41,891 nt of DNA from Prevotella sp. (GTDB lineage Bacteria; Bacteroidota; Bacteroidia; Bacteroidales; Dysgonomonadaceae): the NCBI GenBank assembly GCA_031285625.1, contig JAITVV010000085.1, positions 1 to 41,891 of the forward strand, given 5' to 3'. Below, in pieces: positions 40,081-41,891 of the stretch. Each line of letters begins with the position of its first letter. Within the stretch, counting starts at the first letter, position 1. The position numbers were made by a program, and so were the translations under genes. Under the pieces are notes generated by a model. The model was not told the DNA's origin. It was given only the letters and a program-made list of their open reading frames with translations, and searched no databases.

Positions 40081-40130
40081 GCGAATTATTAGCACACGCG
40101 CAACGTAAATAACTCTAAAAACCTAAGATA

Positions 40131-40508
40131 ATGAACATTCCCTCGGAACTCCTTTATTCCAAAGACCACGAATGGATGCGCATCGAAGGCGACACCGCGG
40201 TGGTGGGCATCACCGATTTCGCGCAGAGCCAGTTGGGTGACATCGTTTTCCTGGACATTCCCTCGGTGGGCGAAACCCTCGCGCAGAACGACGTATTCGG
40301 CTCGATCGAGGCCGTGAAGACCGTTTCGGACGCTTTCCTGCCCATGGGCGGCCAGGTGCTGGAACTCAACCCCGATCTGGACAGCGATCCCGCACTGATT
40401 AACAGCGATCCCTACGGCAAGGGCTGGATCATCAAAGTGAAAATAGCTAACCCGGCCGAAGCGGACTCGCTGCTTAAGGCCGCGGATTACGAAAAATTAA
40501 TAGGATAA
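40131..40508 (+). CDS. gcvH: Glycine cleavage system H protein
   Basis: [32 protein letters not shown] lipoyl-Lys, NSDPYGKGW. Confidence 0.97.
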   Translation: MNIPSELLYSKDHEWMRIEGDTAVVGITDFAQSQLGDIVFLDIPSVGETLAQNDVFGSIEAVKTVSDAFLPMGGQVLELNPDLDSDPALINSDPYGKGWIIKVKIANPAEADSLLKAADYEKLIG

Positions 40509-40513
40509 ACAAG

Positions 40514-41455
40514 ATGGCAAAAGTAACAGTAGTAGGTGCGGGCAACGTAGGCGCCACCTGCGCGAATGTATTGGCAACCCGCGAGATCGCTTCGGAGCTC
40601 GTTCTGATCGATATCAAAGAGGGCTTCGCCGAAGGCAAGATCCTCGACATTTTCCAGACCGCCGGCCTGATGGACTTCGACACCAACATGACGGGCGTAA
40701 CGGGCGACTACTCGAAAACCGCCGGTTCGGACGTGGTTGTAGTAACCTCGGGCGTGCCCCGCAAGCCGGGCATGACGCGCGAAGAACTGATCGGTGTGAA
40801 CGCCGGTATCGTAAAAAGCGTGGTGACCGAAGTGTTGAAATACTCGCCCGACGCCATCCTGGTCATGGTAGCCAACCCGATGGACACGATGACCTACCTG
40901 ACGCACAAGGCCACCGGCCTGCCCAAAAACCGGATCATCGGTATGGGCGGCGCACTGGACAGCGCGCGTTTCCGCTGCTACATATCCAAGGCCCTCGGCT
41001 GCAACAGCAACGAAGTGCAGGGTATGGTAGTGGGCGGCCACGGCGACACGACGATGGTGCCCCTGCTCTCGATGTGCTACTACAAGGGCGCTCCCGTAGC
41101 CCGGTTCGCCTCGGAAGAAGTCCTCAAGAAAGCCGTCGCCGACACGATGGTGGGCGGCGCCACGCTGACCGCCCTGTTGGGCACCTCGGCATGGTACGCT
41201 CCCGGCGCTGCCGCCGCTTACGTGGTGGAAGCGATCGTGCGCGACCAGAAAAAGGTCATCCCCTCGTGCGTGATGCTCGACGGTGAATATGGGCAGAAAG
41301 ACATCTGCATCGGCGTTCCCACCGTGATCGGTAAGGGCGGCGCTGAAAAAATCCTCGACTATACGTTCTCGGCCGACGAAGCTGCTGCTTTCGCCAAGAG
41401 CGCGGACGCTGTGCGCGCCACCAATGCCGTGCTCAAAGAGATCGGCGCGCTCTAA
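40514..41455 (+). CDS. mdh: Malate dehydrogenase (LDH-like)
   Basis: VGAGNVG, PRKPGMTREEL, NPMD, LDSAR, GGHGD. Confidence 0.96.
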   Translation: MAKVTVVGAGNVGATCANVLATREIASELVLIDIKEGFAEGKILDIFQTAGLMDFDTNMTGVTGDYSKTAGSDVVVVTSGVPRKPGMTREELIGVNAGIVKSVVTEVLKYSPDAILVMVANPMDTMTYLTHKATGLPKNRIIGMGGALDSARFRCYISKALGCNSNEVQGMVVGGHGDTTMVPLLSMCYYKGAPVARFASEEVLKKAVADTMVGGATLTALLGTSAWYAPGAAAAYVVEAIVRDQKKVIPSCVMLDGEYGQKDICIGVPTVIGKGGAEKILDYTFSADEAAAFAKSADAVRATNAVLKEIGAL

Positions 41456-41478
41456 ACCGCAACCTACCCTTTTGGAAT

Positions 41479-41514
41479 AATCCCGGAAAGCAACAGTTTT
41501 CCGGGATTCTTTTT
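41479..41514 (+). terminator. Rho-independent terminator after mdh
   Basis: AATCCCGGAAA / TTTCCGGGATT followed by CTTTTT. Confidence 0.8.
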
Positions 41515-41629
41515 CAGGGCCGTAGCCATATAACAAACCGGCTCACAGCCTGTTGCAACAGTGCGGGAATTTAGGTATGTTTGTTGTATATAGACCATAA
41601 GAGTTATTAACCTCCTAAATTGATAGATT

Positions 41630-41891
41630 ATGAGAAATTTCATTTCCGAAGACATGCGGGCCGCCGTAAAAAACTGGTGGGTTTCGCTCATCATCGGCAT
41701 CCTGTTCCTGGTCATGGGCCTGTGGATGCTTTTCGCACCCGGCGTGACGTTCGCCGCGCTGGTCATCTTCTTTAGCGTATTCATGTTCGTGAGCGGTATT
41801 TTCGAGATCGTTTTCTCGCTGAGCAACACCAGGATGCACGGTTGGGGATGGTATCTGGCCGTGGGTATCGTCGACCTGCTGGTGGGCCTGC
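41630..41891 (+). CDS. HdeD / DUF308 family membrane protein, runs off the window
   Basis: Manual translation MRNFISEDMRAAVKNWWVSLIIGILFLVMGLWMLFAPG...SGIFEI...GWGWYLAVGIVDLLVGL. Confidence 0.82.
   Translation, partial: MRNFISEDMRAAVKNWWVSLIIGILFLVMGLWMLFAPGVTFAALVIFFSVFMFVSGIFEIVFSLSNTRMHGWGWYLAVGIVDLLVGL

Noticed and set aside
37440-40130. tRNA or tmRNA integration target at the island edge
   Set aside because: I saw no cloverleaf or T-arm motif; tRNAscan-SE or ARAGORN would confirm.
40487-41536. 349-aa ORF antisense to mdh
   Set aside because: Shadow ORF from GC-rich codon bias; no recognisable motifs.
41464-41839. Minus-strand ORFs at the window end
   Set aside because: Antisense to the HdeD-family gene, which the track missed because it has no stop inside the window.

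Overview
Bacteroidota DNA in three blocks. (1) About 1-37,400 is AT-rich. It holds the tail of a 3-ketoglycoside (BT2156/BT2157-like) locus including a DUF1080-PHP fusion, a GNAT, a WG-repeat protein, an AraC/MarR-flanked RND efflux pump, a SAM methyltransferase with a structured leader and an orphan (alpha/alpha)6 glycosidase lipoprotein. It also holds a 23-kb minus-strand host-glycan PUL: ECF sigma, FecR, SusC, SusD, a surface glycan-binding protein, Gfo/Idh/MocA, GH29, DUF1080, GH89, GH123, GH109, GH35, GH29 and GH27, with a well-defined antisense sRNA candidate at susC. (2) About 37,450-39,990 is mobile-element debris: integrase arm-like GTAAC repeats, a 5'-truncated AlwI-family nuclease and a 3'-truncated TcmP-like gene either side of an IS5-family element, and an unannotated stub ending in VRCVR that resembles a DGR variable repeat. 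(3) About 40,000 to the end is GC-rich housekeeping DNA (gcvH, mdh, HdeD family). The window most likely shows the right edge of a large horizontally acquired island, although a chimeric assembly cannot be excluded. All calls come from reading motifs by eye; no searches were run.
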